64,000 nucleotides of DNA from Perkinsus chesapeaki ATCC PRA-425. Taxonomy: Eukaryota > Protista > Perkinsozoa. Below the pieces are notes generated by a model. It searched no databases. It worked only from the letters and a program-made list of their open reading frames with translations, and was not told the DNA's origin. The position numbers were made by a program, and so were the translations under genes. Position 1 is the first letter of the stretch, and every line of letters starts with the position of its first letter. Below are positions 47,813-60,667 of this stretch, piece after piece. The stretch covers positions 1 through 64,000 of the forward strand of contig JAAPAO010000083.1 of assembly GCA_013115145.1 (NCBI GenBank), in the 5' to 3' direction.

Positions 47813-49898
47813 CGATGTGAAAAAGCTAAAGACATCACAAAGACACTTGCAAGCACGATCCAAGGGGCTCGGTATATCGTTGACGGTAGAAGTAGTCTGT
47901 GGCGTTCCCAGCTAGTCGGTGTTTCCTAGCAGTAAACTCTGGTACACTATCTGACAGGCTTCATTCAAAGGTTAATACAACATAGTAAGGATTAGCGAGG
48001 TGCGTTCATATTGCGCATGACAAGAGATCGCTGGGATACGTGTAATCCAAGAAGTAGATACCGTATATATTAGTAAAGTGGTATTTAGTAGCACGCATGC
48101 GCGTGACATCACGCGTACACAGTTTCCGGGGGTAACTTGACTTAGCTAAACAATGAGAGTAGAATGAGAGGGCTACTTTCCTTCTTTTGGAAAGCTGGCC
48201 GGCAAGGCAGTGTTATGCACGATCGGCCCGGATCGGTAAAGTGCTCTTATCTTTCTACCATACCTAGTTCGTTCACCTCTCACGAACGACTTCAGCTGTT
48301 TGGACCGGATGTATATGATCTCTGGGTTGGAGTTCCCGAAACACTGCAATGTGCTCGCATTGTGTACACAAAAAGTAACATTTGCTTCTTCGACAAATCT
48401 TCGTGATTCTTCAAAAGGGTCTGTATGTTTTGTGCTTCATTAGGCTTATTTGCTAACGTGCATGTTCATAGTTGTAGTTGCACGCATACACATAGAATAG
48501 CTAAGTCGGTGCAAATGGATGTCCCGACGGTTGTCGCGGTATCAGCTGATGGACTCCGAAGAATAACACAACAAAGGAGCTTGAGCCAGAATACCAATAC
48601 TACGACCCTGGGACAATAGGTATAAACGCAATAACTGCACTTAAGTTCTGCACCAATCTATGTGTACGCAAACACAATTACTCTGCGGAACTAAGCGATA
48701 TTGGGCTCGACAGCCATAAAGCAGAAAGCAAAGGTTTAATCCATCAGACCAACCTCCAGGATGTAGTAATATCCTTCGGGACATAATAAGTTGTGGGGAA
48801 AGCAGTAGTATATCCAAATAGTAATCATTCTGGGGTCCAGATTGATTAGGCCAGATTCTGGACCCACAACACGGTCAAGGCCCGCCTCCATGTACGATAT
48901 ATCATTGACTTGGGTTGCACCAATGCCGACTCAAATGCAAATTGATTCATTTGTTTAGCTATGCCGATTCCGGCGTTGGACTACAGCAGAATCCACTGGG
49001 GGTTTCAAAACGTGATCGTTGAGGGCAGAGGTACGCAGTGCGTACGTTCGGATATTTGTATGCGGTTTCTCCGATCTTCTACGTGACCGAGTCGGATAGT
49101 CGAATGTGGGTCGTAAGAACGGTAGGCGAATGCCATTCACCGAATGAAGAGAGGGTGATTTATTGGACAGAAAGTGAGTTGAAATTGGTTCGAAGCCAGC
49201 GCAAACCCTCGTTCTGCTTGGTCGTTAGTCGATCACTCTTCATTGCCTCATGTACCACCCACCGGTCAAAGGCGATAGTAGTCTCGGCATCAGAACTTTC
49301 AACCCGTGAGATGATACAACTTGGACCTCCTCAACTGTCATCTGGTCGAAACGAATCTCATGCAAGCTGCGGCGCACCAGTCCCGATAGCAGCCGATGGT
49401 GATGTGCCAGTTGCTAGTTCCTACCTTCCATCCCGTGCAGTCGTAATGACGTTATAATGTCAACAGGAAGGGACCATAGATGCTGTTGTTGTGGATTTCA
49501 CAATAACTGGAAGTATAGAATGTGGAGGTTCATCGTAGCTCGTTATCGCGTGCTAGTTGTGCAGAGTACTGTGCATGACAGCATTGGTATAAGTATTACA
49601 TCTGAGCCTGCACGCATGCACACTGCGCAGGTTCGAACCCCAGCTCATATATTTCTTCTGCCTTGTCCGTATTCGTAATTTAAACTCGGGCCATCGGTTC
49701 TACTACAAAGATAAGCCTCTGTGGCATTTCCTATGATCGGGAACACTTTGCGTTGAGCCCCGGTGGACAATCAATCGGGGGCCTTCTTGACAGTATTGGC
49801 CGATACTTTCACTTAACCACCTTGAAGATGCTTAACTCACATGGGAAGGCTATGAACGATCGGCAAATGAGTTTTGTTGGGAAGTTACTTTTTTGGAA

Positions 49899-52800
49899 AT
49901 GATTCGAAGCCCGTCGTGTGGCGTATTACGTACGTTATCATCATCGATAAGCCATTCCTGTCGAGCTATTGCCGCACCAGTTACTGGGCAAAGATTCTTT
50001 TCGAGGTAGAATACGACCCTTCAGAGAGTGAGACTTATTTTATTCAGCGAGTCTGATGAGTCCCTGAAATACGATCTTGTCGTAGTTGGTGGTGGGCCCG
50101 CTGGGCTATCGGCTGCCATCCGAGCCAAACAGGTATAATTAGTCTCATAACATTCTTTTTCCGACTCTCCCCGTTTCAGTTGGATTCGAGCCTTTCAGTC
50201 TGCATTCTAGAAAAGGGCTCCGAGATAGGAGCCCATATCCTCTCCGGCAACATATTCGAACCTCGGGCTTTGGATGAACTTCTGCCAGACTGGCGAGAGG
50301 TAGGCAGTCGGTGACGTAATCTGGGATGTAAGTTCTATCAGCAAAAGCCTGGCTGGGCGCAGACTCCTGTGACCCATGATGACTTCGTTTATCTTCCTAC
50401 TGCAAAGCATGCCATAAAATCGCCGATACTGCCTTCAGCGATGAGTAATGATGGCAATTATATCATCTCACTGGGAGACCTATGCCGATGGATGAGCCAG
50501 AAGGCAGAGGAGGAAGGTAATATGGTGAAGTTGAATCGGCTGGGTGATGTTAAAAGTATTACTGAATACAAGAACTGCTTCGATATCCGGGATTTATCTG
50601 CCGCCTGTATTTACCACTAATTGTCTACTCGTCGTTAGGTTTATTATTAGTGTGAGGTATCATATGAATGCTGATAGATCTTGAAAAGCTAGTATTAGTG
50701 TTTAGCCCAACATCAGTCCGACAAAGCAATTGAGTTTGATTGAGAATTAGTTGCTTGTAAGACTTACACATTCGTTTCCCACATGGATCGCTCTATATGT
50801 TTATATTTCCAGGAAACCTAAGGAGGCAACATCCTATCACCAATATCGCGTTCTTAGTTCTTTACAGCTCCACCGCTATGGTGGACCACCATATGGTCAA
50901 AATACCATTTTTAGGTGTTGAGGTATATCCTGGATTTGCCGTATCTGAGGACCCAGTTATTGATGATAAAGGGCGGATGGTTGGAGTTAGAATACGGGAT
51001 CAAGGGATTGCCAAAGATGGTCATCACAAGCCTAACTATGAGCCGGGGGTGAAGATATATGGTAATAATATCTTATATTAACTATTGTATGTATTATAAT
51101 GATAGCTGTCAGAGTATCACTTATAGCTCAATTGAAAGGGAGTGGTACTTGTAGTATGGGTGTTTGAGTGGCGCTGGTCAGTTGGGGTCTCGAAGTTGAA
51201 TATGAGCTTTGGCATGTAGCTGTGTCATAGGGTAGGGGTAGAGTGAGGCGATCACGATGATGATGGTGATGCAATCGGGTTATATTCTCTGGCATGGTAG
51301 CATCATTTTTAGAAAGCAATGAGATGAATCTCAGAAATGGAGAAATGTGGTATATACCAAAATCTAGCATAATCTTTGATAGTAGAATGACAAGTAGGGC
51401 TAAGTTTCCCTTGTATTTTAGGTCGTCAAGTGATACTTGCGGAAGGGGCCAGAGGTTCACTATCACTTGCCACGGTAAATCGTTATAATCTCCGAGCTGG
51501 CAGATGCCCACCTAAATACTCTCTGGGAGTTAAAGAGGTTTGGCAGGTCGATCCTAAGGTACGGAAATTGGTGGTACGGTGAGTTTGATATGCTTGGTGT
51601 AGATGAGCATGCCTGGTCATGTAACACATACTGTGGGGTATCCTTTGGATTATTTTACGTATGGTGGTGGATTCATATACCATATGAATAGTAATAGTGG
51701 GGCGCGGGTTCGAATCCCACGGGTGTCATTTTTCTGTGGAAATATATGTTGGAGTCGGTCATAGAAGTCCATTATAGCGGAGTTCTAATCATTTCTCAAC
51801 GATCCCAGGCGGGGGGCTATGAAGAACAGCAATTAAGGTCTCGTGCATTTTCATCAGATAATCTGGTTCATCTGGGATTCGTGACAGGTCTGGGTTACAC
51901 CAATACTAATAGGTCGCCCTATATGGAGTTACAAAAGTAAGTTGTGTTGGCTGATCCCTATAATGTACTCGATGAACTATAGACTGCTGTTGTCCTAGTT
52001 GTTGTATATGAAAAACTATCTTTCGAATAGATAGCATTTATATTACAAGACCCGAGACTGGCCCGTCTGGTTACTTGATTAGCGTACTGTATATAGCGAG
52101 GCTGCTGCTTTCAGGTATAAAACTCACAGTATGTTGAAAGAGCTGCTGGATGGGGGTAAATGTGTTGGCTATGGTGCTAGGGTTATTAATACTGGTAATA
52201 AGTGGGAAGCGGTTAATATGATATACAAACGTATTTTTATTTAGCATACAGTACGTGCAATTACTGTGCGTTGGGATTCCCAATATACTCATCCCACCTT
52301 GGGATGATTACCTGTTCGTTTGTCAAGTTCACTGAATATCTAGAATGAGAAAAACTGAGAGTGACTCAAATTGCAGGAGGGAGAATTATGGTTCGTTTTT
52401 CCCGCTTTGCCACCGATCCTCCTGGTGTAAAAGTTTTGGAGTTTTATCCTCGTAAAACAGTTTACGAACTTATATGGATACCAGTGTATCAAGTGCCTCA
52501 GTGTAGCAATAATAATCAGTTCCTCCTGCCAACTAGCATCTACTCCGGTCATCTTGAAGTAAGACTGTTGATCCTTGTTGACTTTCCCGAGAAAGGAATG
52601 AGGCCCTGTATGTTATATTAAGATGTCTACGTTATTGTTGTGTATAGGTGGTTATCAATCCTTACCATCGGTATCGTTCCCAGGAGGAATGTTGATAGGG
52701 GATGCGGCTGGATTCTTGAATGCTCAGAAAATTAAGGTAGTAGCAGGAGGGAAGGTTTTACATATGATTTGCGGCGTCTTTCGTGTGCGGTAAAGTCGGG

Positions 52801-55070
52801 AGGAGTGGCTGTGCTGGCGAGCATAGAAGGTGAAGTTCCAATTGGGAAGTCATTTAGCTCAAGATGCGTCCCTCGAGGATGAAAGAAATCTTGCTGGAAA
52901 ATGCAGGAAGTCCATTCCTCGATCCGAGTCGCTCAAAAATGATTGCTTTTTCAAGGTGTTTCGAGTGGTATACTTTAGGGCACTCACACGGCGATGAAAA
53001 CAGGGATGTTAGCGGCCGAAGCAGCTGTTGCTGATATAAATGATGGTGCAGAGGAGGGGCATGTATGCAGTAGATATGAGCATGCTGTTAAGGACAGCTG
53101 GGCTTATAAGGAGTTATATGTAGTTAAGGGAAGAGGGATGGGGGGATACTGAGGGGTAGGAAATGATTTATTAATGCTGGATGATACTTAGTTTTTATTG
53201 GATATAATTTATATACATCGTAGGAAGATTATTGTATTGGAGATATCCGGCGAACTACTGGATATATTATATGATACATGTCGGAGCTATTGAGACAATT
53301 GTGATGGAATGAGCTAGGCGTTTCCTTTCTGAGGGTATCTTTTCCAGAATCATCTCCTGATGTTGACAGGACCGGCTTAGATAATTAGTATACAGCTTCA
53401 ATTTGAGCTTCCTGAATACTACCTAGATAGATTTGCTTTTGGAAGCTCACATAACTCACTGAAAAATATTAATTATAGTATCAGTGTGTCTCTCTGTTGA
53501 TAAAATCTATCGCATAACGTCCACATGGTTTACTTATTAGTTGCTCCTGTTATAGCAACTGCTCCTGTTATAGCAACTGCTCCTGTTATAGCAACTGCTC
53601 CTGTTATAGCAACTGCTCCTGTTATAGCAACTGCTCNNNNNNNNNNNNNNNNNNNNNNNNNNNNNNNNNNNNNNNNNNNNNNNNNNNNNNNNNNNNNNNN
53701 NNNNNNNNNNNNNNNNNNNNNNNNNNNNNNNNGCTCCTGTTAAAGCAACTGCTCCTGTTATAGCAACTGCTCCTGTTAAAGCAACTGCTCCTGTTATAGC
53801 AAGTGCTCCTGTTATAGCAAGTGCTCCTGTTATATTAGTGCTTATTATGCACTCCTGTGGTTCTTTTTGTTGATATAATTATCATTGCTATTCAGGGTGT
53901 CCGTAATATCCATCCGGCATTCAAGACAGGTCTGTTCTCGGGTTTGGGTTACGGTGCGTTCTGGTTGATGAGTAAAGGTAGAGAGCCATGGACCTTTAAG
54001 TAGAGATGATTGGGGGAAATACGGTATGAAACTGGGTGGGTGAATTAGGTGGTCTAAGGATGATGCAGCAAGAACTAAGAAGGCATCTAAATGTAGAGAG
54101 ATTGAATATCCTAAAGCTGATGGTAATACTGGGTATAGGCGGGGGTGTAGACAGCTTGTTAAAAGTAGGCATTTCCTTAGTAAGGTGATCGGTGCGGTTT
54201 CTCGGAAAATCGGACGAGCGAGGTGACATAGTTTTGTATCATATATCTTCGGCAGGTAAACTAACGTTCGAGCTGCTGGACCAATTACCATTAACTGGAG
54301 TTGATCATGAGCCGGATCAGCCATCACATCTGAAGATTAAGCCGGGGATGGAGGAGGTGCCGAAAAAGGTTATAATGCGGGACGTTGGGGGACGGGAGTG
54401 CTCTTAATAGTTTTGTGTTGATGCGATGCTCGGCAATTTATGGGCAGTTAATCCTGCAGATTAACTGTTTTTCAAAGGTTTAATAATTTCGTTGACGGTC
54501 GCTGGGCTCTATGCTTGACTTTCAGACATATGTGTAATTCTGGGAAGTAAAAGGGGAAATCCTTTAATCCCCTTTAAGAGAGGGTTTTGTTACTGGGATG
54601 GGAAGTGTGCAATCGACAACATAGGACATTCGTTATAGTTATGAAGAAAGGTTGTTGTGGAGGAGGTGGAGGAGGCTTTTCCGATGATAAGATGGTCTGG
54701 TGGTATTGTGTTTCTGCGCCATAAACGTGAATCTACAAGTAAATTTACGGAATTTGGTATAAAATGTTTCTCCAACGAGGACGATCGATGATAATAATAT
54801 ATTTTAACGTCCTTTGATCGATGCTGGCTGCGGAGTTTCGGCAGGAATCACCCCTACTGTTTTTTTGGGCAGGTGTCGTTCGGCGAGTACGATGGCCCAG
54901 AGCAGCGATTCTGCCCGGCTAAAGTTTACGAATACGACGATAAGGGAAATCTGACGATTCACGCTCAAAATTGCATACACTGCAAAACATGCAGTATTAA
55001 GACACCGGGGCACTTTATCGATTGGACGGTCCCCGAGGGGGGAGGAGGACCGCAGTATGGCAGTATGTAA
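49899..55070 (+). CDS. ETFDH: Electron transfer flavoprotein-ubiquinone oxidoreductase, mitochondrial
   Basis: Presequence [15 protein letters not shown], then [69 protein letters not shown] and a C-terminal 4Fe-4S region FCPAKVYE...[11 protein letters not shown]...PEGGGGPQY. Confidence 0.95.
51699..51733 (+). other. tRNA 3'-end-like fragment (T-arm, acceptor 3' strand, T-run) in an ETFDH intron
   Basis: GGCGCGGGTTCGAATCCCACGGGTGTCATTTTT. No D-arm or anticodon arm upstream, so not a tRNA gene. Confidence 0.45.
53543..53834. repeat. 18-bp intronic minisatellite spanning an assembly gap
   Basis: (GCTCCTGTTATAGCAACT)n on both sides of the N-gap at 53637-53732, inside an ETFDH intron. Confidence 0.95.
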
Positions 55071-55785
55071 GAAGCGCACGCCCTGGTGATCGATTATAGT
55101 TTGGCGGCCTCGGAAAGAGGCATACCTGCTGAATTTGTTCTTAAAAATGGCATATGCCGGGATAGAACCGGGTTATGCCTTGGTTAGAGTTTGTACTTGG
55201 TTTATTTGTTGGCCAATCGAGTGTTTATGGTTTCGTTGAGCAATTGTTTTGATGAGTTGGAAGTGTTTATAGGGGAGGGGTCCTGAGGAGGGGGACAGGA
55301 ATTGTGTGGGAAGGCAATGAGGGATTCTGCGAAGACAAGTCGCAGGTGGACGGGGCTGAAATGGGATTTAATGTAATGATTCCTTTACGAAGGGTTTGGC
55401 AGAAAATATGAGTTTGTATTCTCTATAAAGTGATGAGTTTCGGGAATCATAGCTGCAAGGATTGGAGGATTGGAGGAGGAGATAATTGGAAGGACTGCAG
55501 TGGAGTGGATTCCCAGCAATTTGTTTTGGAAAGCACTGGTGCTTGGAGGTACAGTTCGAGCCGGAGTCGGTTCCTTGTCCTGTCCCATTGTGTTATAGTC
55601 ACACAGTGCTAGTGCAAGCCAATCTAGCTAGTGAGTGAGTGCTTCAACTGTAGCGTGGAGGCAGTTCACTTTGCTGTATTTGCTCGTTATCATGTAGTCT
55701 TGGCTCAAGTTGAGGCATCTCTGCTGATTTTTTTTCTTCTGGTTTGTTCTGGCACATTTTCTGCTGTCGACTATTGACTGGATAT

Positions 55786-55925
55786 GTATATATATACTCA
55801 TGATACTACTGTTGTATGTATGTATATACTCATGATACTACTGTTGTATGTATATATATACTCATGATACTACTGTTGTATGTATATATATACTCATGAT
55901 ACTACTGTTGTATGTATATATATAC
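55786..55925. repeat. 32-bp tandem repeat
   Basis: GTATATATATACTCATGATACTACTGTTGTAT x ~4.4. Confidence 0.92.
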
Positions 55926-56920
55926 ATTCATTTAGATGTCTATTCGGCACTGCACGGTATCTGTGCCGCACATTGTGTGGCGGTGGTCCGCTATCGGTAC
56001 CAACTGCAGAAAAGCCAGATGATTAGCCCATGAGTGTATTAATTGTTGTGTTACAAGGATCGGCTCGCGAAGGCGAAGATACTGTATTATATATAGGAGA
56101 TTCACCATCCGGGGTTTGCGGGTGAGAATCCATAGTAGTGAAATATTGGTAGGCGAGCGCATGGAGAGGATGAGATATAATTTCTACCTACACAGTGGGT
56201 GTTCCCGAGATTGATTTACCGTCTGATTAGTGCTTCTATCCGCGAACGCGCTCCCGCTTCTCGCGCGAAAAGATTCCTGGGAGGTCTAGATTTTGTGTGT
56301 GTATGAGGTTCTCAACGACGATGCTGAGAGATTTAGGGATTTTTTCTGTCCGGGAGTGCCGGGAATTGAGATGATCGGACCGATTTCTTCTTGAAAATGT
56401 ATTCGGAGCATGGAAAATGAAGTTCTGTCAGAGTTGATTGTATTAATTATGGTTATGCATTATATAGAAGGATTGTACCAGGGCATGTCAGTGAAGGTGG
56501 ACGAGGTGAAGGAACGTTTGGCGAGTAATTGCTCCTTCTGTCGAGGGGTAAGCTATCGATCGCCTGATCGATTTGGAAGTGATTTAACGAGAGTATGGAG
56601 AAGTTGGGAATTGAATTCATAGGGGACGTGGATTTTGATTCCATCCAGGGTTATAGTCAACGGACTAGTATCAGTTCGTTGTCACTATTGAGCGGTCTAT
56701 CGTCCATGTTTCATTGATGTTGTTACCTCACTAACTATATTATTATCCTATAGTGGATCAATGCCTTGTGAAGATGCATCACCGTTCATTAATTATCTTA
56801 TCTTTGAAATGCATTACTTCAGCCGCATTGAAGGTCAGGGCGGATCTTGGGCTTTCAAGAACAGGAGGAACACCTGGGTGGAAATAAGACGGAATTTTCT
56901 TAGTATGTTCCTTTTATTAG

Positions 56921-58345
56921 GATATATTGTCCTTCCTCCGTCCTTCCACGGATAAGGCCAAAGATTGGTATAAAGATACAGCTGGAGGGCTGCGGCATTC
57001 ACCGGTTACCTTTACTGAGGAGGAAGCTAATGTTGTTAATAATAATGGTGGAGATTGTTATACTTGTCGAATGGTAAGCTTCAGGGGTCCTTCGTTGTGG
57101 TCGTGTTAATAGAAATGCAGGGAAATGATCGACGCACTTTTCTTCGGAATTCCATGAGTATAGGCGAGCTGTGGGTTTTCAATCTCCTTCCCTAAAGCCA
57201 TGCTGGGCCGACCCACGGAGGTTCTTCAATTTGTTGTTCAGTAATAAACTTGACAAAATTGACGTGTTCATTTTTGTCTCACTCAAACTGAGGTCGATGA
57301 GTGGTATTTTCGCTTGCTAAGTTTTTATTCGTATCAGTTTATAACGGCTACGGTCGGGATTAGGTTAAATAGAGATTAGGTATGACTTCCCCCTGCGAGG
57401 AATTGCATCAATTTGCACAACGTGAATGTCCAGCCGTTTTCCGTGGTGGTTTAGCGATGTGGGGATAAATCGATTACCTGATCGATTTACAGTTTGGCTA
57501 TCAGGTTGGGTTCATAACCTTTGCGGCGACATCAGCGTATTGTTTAGCAGAGTCCAAGAGAAATGCCGGTGCTGGAAGTAAGGCCCCGAGGGGGAGGGTT
57601 CAAATGTCACTAAATCCTAAACGGATTGATCTACGCATTTCTATATAATTCTAAATATCTTTACTGTGTGAAAGTTGAGATGTCTTCTTCAAAGTAGATT
57701 ATGCCTTCGTTGGTGTATTAGACATAATCTTAATCGCCACTCGTCCACTAAAGATACGACGGAGTTATTATGAACAACATGAAGAAGTATGTTATAATTA
57801 GTGATTAAATATTGCTTTGAGCGTCCACTATGCTGTGATCCGTAGCCACCGTATTGGTATAATGGCGTTGATAATGCATACAGTACAGAGTGTAATATAA
57901 TTATCGGGCTTTCAGTTATCACGTTACTTGTTGTGGTCTAAGAACTTCCTCCGCAGAATCATGGGCGGCATCGGCAGGGTGAAATTGGCGTAAAAGTATC
58001 AATTCGATGAAGGAATATTCATAACAAGTACAATTGACCGATACATTTCACCAACGGAACGAGCGCTCATTTCGTGGCGTGCAGTCGATACTGGTACATG
58101 TTGTTGATGACGAATAAACACTTCGTTATTGAAGTCCGTCGTTTGTTGGATAAGGGCTCCGACAGGGATGGTTAGATTATTTGGGTATGTTGTCAGGGAA
58201 AGTGTTTCAAGGTTTGAGTGGCCTCTTCGGAGGTTTGGCGGTGGTGAGAGCGCTGACGCCGGCAAGGCCGATAGATATATCGACTTTAAATGTAGAGAAA
58301 CCGCAGCCAAACTTCATAGTCCCTCCACCTGGTGTGAATAAGTAG
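56921..58345 (+). CDS. Small membrane protein with a DCxxCR motif (DUF4536/DMAC1-like); start unresolved
   Basis: Phase-compatible exons: ...NNGGDCYTCRM|VGFITFAATSAYCLAESKRNAGAG|NHGRHRQ|GKVFQGLSGLFGGLAVVRALTP...GVNK*. Confidence 0.55.
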
Positions 58346-58927
58346 AAGGATGTTATCCTGGAATGTTTTGAGTTTTGGGGAGAGAGCGGTATGAGATTGT
58401 TATTGGAGCGCGTTGGTCGAGTGTGATGATTGGCTTGATTGGTTTTCTGCTGGCCTTGCATGACACTAACTGATTGGCGGATCCCTCGAGCTCTCTACCA
58501 CACGTTTTATATAAGTTATAATATTTCTTACGTTAGCCCCACCAAAGCATGCCGAGAAGGGAGGGATAGGATATGAACCATAGAAACGAGGTCGGAATAG
58601 GTTAATAGGATTCCCGATAAGATCGGATGTTCGTATTAAATATTCCTATCTTATTGTTATTATCCATCGAAAAGAGGGATGTCTCTTCTTGTGGTGAAAT
58701 GATTCCCAAGCTCCGAAAATTTGTGGTGTGAGTAAATGTGTTACAGGTCTGATATCTGTGAATTGTTTACTACTGGATTTAGGTCGATTGCTAAGGCAAT
58801 GTTGTGAGCGGCATACAGTTATTTCGTCGGCCCCGGGGTCATTTTTGAGGACCATTTCGGAGGGCTTTGAGACTTTGACTTTTCCGGGGATTTCGAGGAC
58901 ATTTTCCGCGTGCGTTAGTTCCTTTCC

Positions 58928-60667
58928 ATGTTTCGAGTTTGTCTTGATAAATGTCGTAAAATTCATTTAAAGAGAGGGCTGAGCGGACGAGCATTGACGG
59001 TCGAGTTGTCAGCGTGCAGAAGTTCGGAGGAAATAAGCGAAATAATTAAAAACAAGACTGACCGTTTCGAAGATACCCACTGGATCATCGCACTGCGAAG
59101 ATTTGCCCACTTCAATTCCGAGGTCAAAACTCCAGACACTCGATTGGCGTTGAAGGTGTGCTTGTCTCTCCCGATCCGATCGCTCGATTTCCGAGCCGTT
59201 TCGGATATCATCTGGGCATTGGGGACGCTGGGCGTATCGAGGACGACAGCGCAACCATTCATCGACCAAGCAGTTCGCTTGGTGAGATTGTCAACGAGTC
59301 AGCCTCCACTGCAAAGGCTTGCGGCTTTACTGGTCGGGGTGGCTCGGGGGAAGTTCGAACGAGGGTGTCTCATGAGCGCGCTTGAAGGGAAAATGCGCAT
59401 TGATAGGGATTGGTCCGGTAGAGATGTGAGTCTGTGCCTGTGGGCGTTGGGAAGATTCTCATACGAAGGACCTCTGGTCGACCTGTTCGCTGAATGGGTA
59501 TCTAAGGTTGATGCGTGCAACATGAGTGAGCAAGATTGGAGCTTGATACTTTTTAATTTGGGTCGGCTGGGACGGTTTGATTTGTCTCTGGTACCGTTGG
59601 CGAGTACTCGAATGAACGACTCTCGAAATGTTGCAACACTCCTCTGGTCCGCGGGCCAAGCCCAAGGCGGTGCGAAGATTCTCCAACGCGTTCTGAAGGA
59701 CCATTACGAAGCCTTGTCAGATCGTTTGCTCCCAGCCGACATTCCGCAAGTGATGTGGGCGCTTGCTCGAGTAGACGGGTCGATGAGGTTGGGTTCCTTG
59801 GCGGTTCGGTTGGCTCAGAAATTAAGGGACGAGAATTGGGTACCGATGAACAGACTTGAAGTCAACAACGTTGCGTATGGTCTCCACTGGTCGAGGGTAA
59901 TGACAATGGACTGGTATGAGTGGCTGCATGGCTTGCTTAAACGCCATCTGGTCAAGTTGCCCACCAGAGATGTCGGCCCTGGGGTTGTCAGGGTAATTCC
60001 AGAATCGATTGTCGACGGAGCGAAGGAGCCTGTGATGGTTTACACCTCCCTCGGCGGTGTTAGTATCGTCTACAAGCCCAACGCTTGGACTACAGAAATG
60101 ACTCAAGAGTTCTTGGGAGAATCTTTGGTGCTTGCGCACCGTATAGATTTTGGGACGTCGGGTCCGCTGATGGGCACGGTGACTGAGGGAGAGGAGGCTG
60201 TCTTGGCCTTGCAGCAACAAGCTGGTTTGGTTGGTAAAAAATACCGATGCCTGGTCGAAGGGATTCTGATGGAAAAAGTGGGAGAGATTAATGCCCGCAT
60301 TGAAAACCTGGAGACGTGGTGCGTGGTCTCGAGCGAAGGGAAGCCAGCGGTTACTCAGTACCGAGTTATTGAGGAGTTCCCCGGGGTCGGGGTGTCGCTG
60401 GTTCAATGTGAGCTGTTGAGTGGCAGGAAGCACCAAATTCGAGTGCATATGGCTTCGTTGGGCCACCCGCTCGTCGGCGATCCATGGTACAATTCAGAAA
60501 CGAAATTGAAGCTGGAGGTGGGGAGAATTTTTTTACACTGTCGCAGATTGGAGTGGATGGACCTGTATTCCACCAAAGAGCGGTATGGCGTTGAGGTGCC
60601 GCTACCGAGAGACCTCAGAGATATCTACGAGCAAGTTACGAAGGCTGAGATTGAAAGTCTGCAATGA
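58928..60667 (+). CDS. RluA-family RNA pseudouridine synthase with N-terminal helical (OPR/RAP-like) repeats, intronless
   Basis: 579-aa ORF with VYKPNAW, AHRIDFGTSG (catalytic Asp), LLSGRKHQIRVHMASLGHPLVGDPWY and LHC. Upstream repeats such as SDIIWALGTLG, SLCLWALGRF, ATLLWSAG and PQVMWALAR. Confidence 0.9.
   Translation: MFRVCLDKCRKIHLKRGLSGRALTVELSACRSSEEISEIIKNKTDRFEDTHWIIALRRFAHFNSEVKTPDTRLALKVCLSLPIRSLDFRAVSDIIWALGTLGVSRTTAQPFIDQAVRLVRLSTSQPPLQRLAALLVGVARGKFERGCLMSALEGKMRIDRDWSGRDVSLCLWALGRFSYEGPLVDLFAEWVSKVDACNMSEQDWSLILFNLGRLGRFDLSLVPLASTRMNDSRNVATLLWSAGQAQGGAKILQRVLKDHYEALSDRLLPADIPQVMWALARVDGSMRLGSLAVRLAQKLRDENWVPMNRLEVNNVAYGLHWSRVMTMDWYEWLHGLLKRHLVKLPTRDVGPGVVRVIPESIVDGAKEPVMVYTSLGGVSIVYKPNAWTTEMTQEFLGESLVLAHRIDFGTSGPLMGTVTEGEEAVLALQQQAGLVGKKYRCLVEGILMEKVGEINARIENLETWCVVSSEGKPAVTQYRVIEEFPGVGVSLVQCELLSGRKHQIRVHMASLGHPLVGDPWYNSETKLKLEVGRIFLHCRRLEWMDLYSTKERYGVEVPLPRDLRDIYEQVTKAEIESLQ

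Noticed and set aside
48950-49700. ORFs 49038-49457 and neighbours as a gene or TE relic
   Set aside because: No recognisable motif, and the frames are broken on both strands.
51699-51733. Functional tRNA gene
   Set aside because: Only the 3' third is present, and the upstream sequence is an ETFDH exon.
53525-53834. APVIAT-repeat protein ORF
   Set aside because: It is the translation of an 18-bp minisatellite lying between two ETFDH exons.
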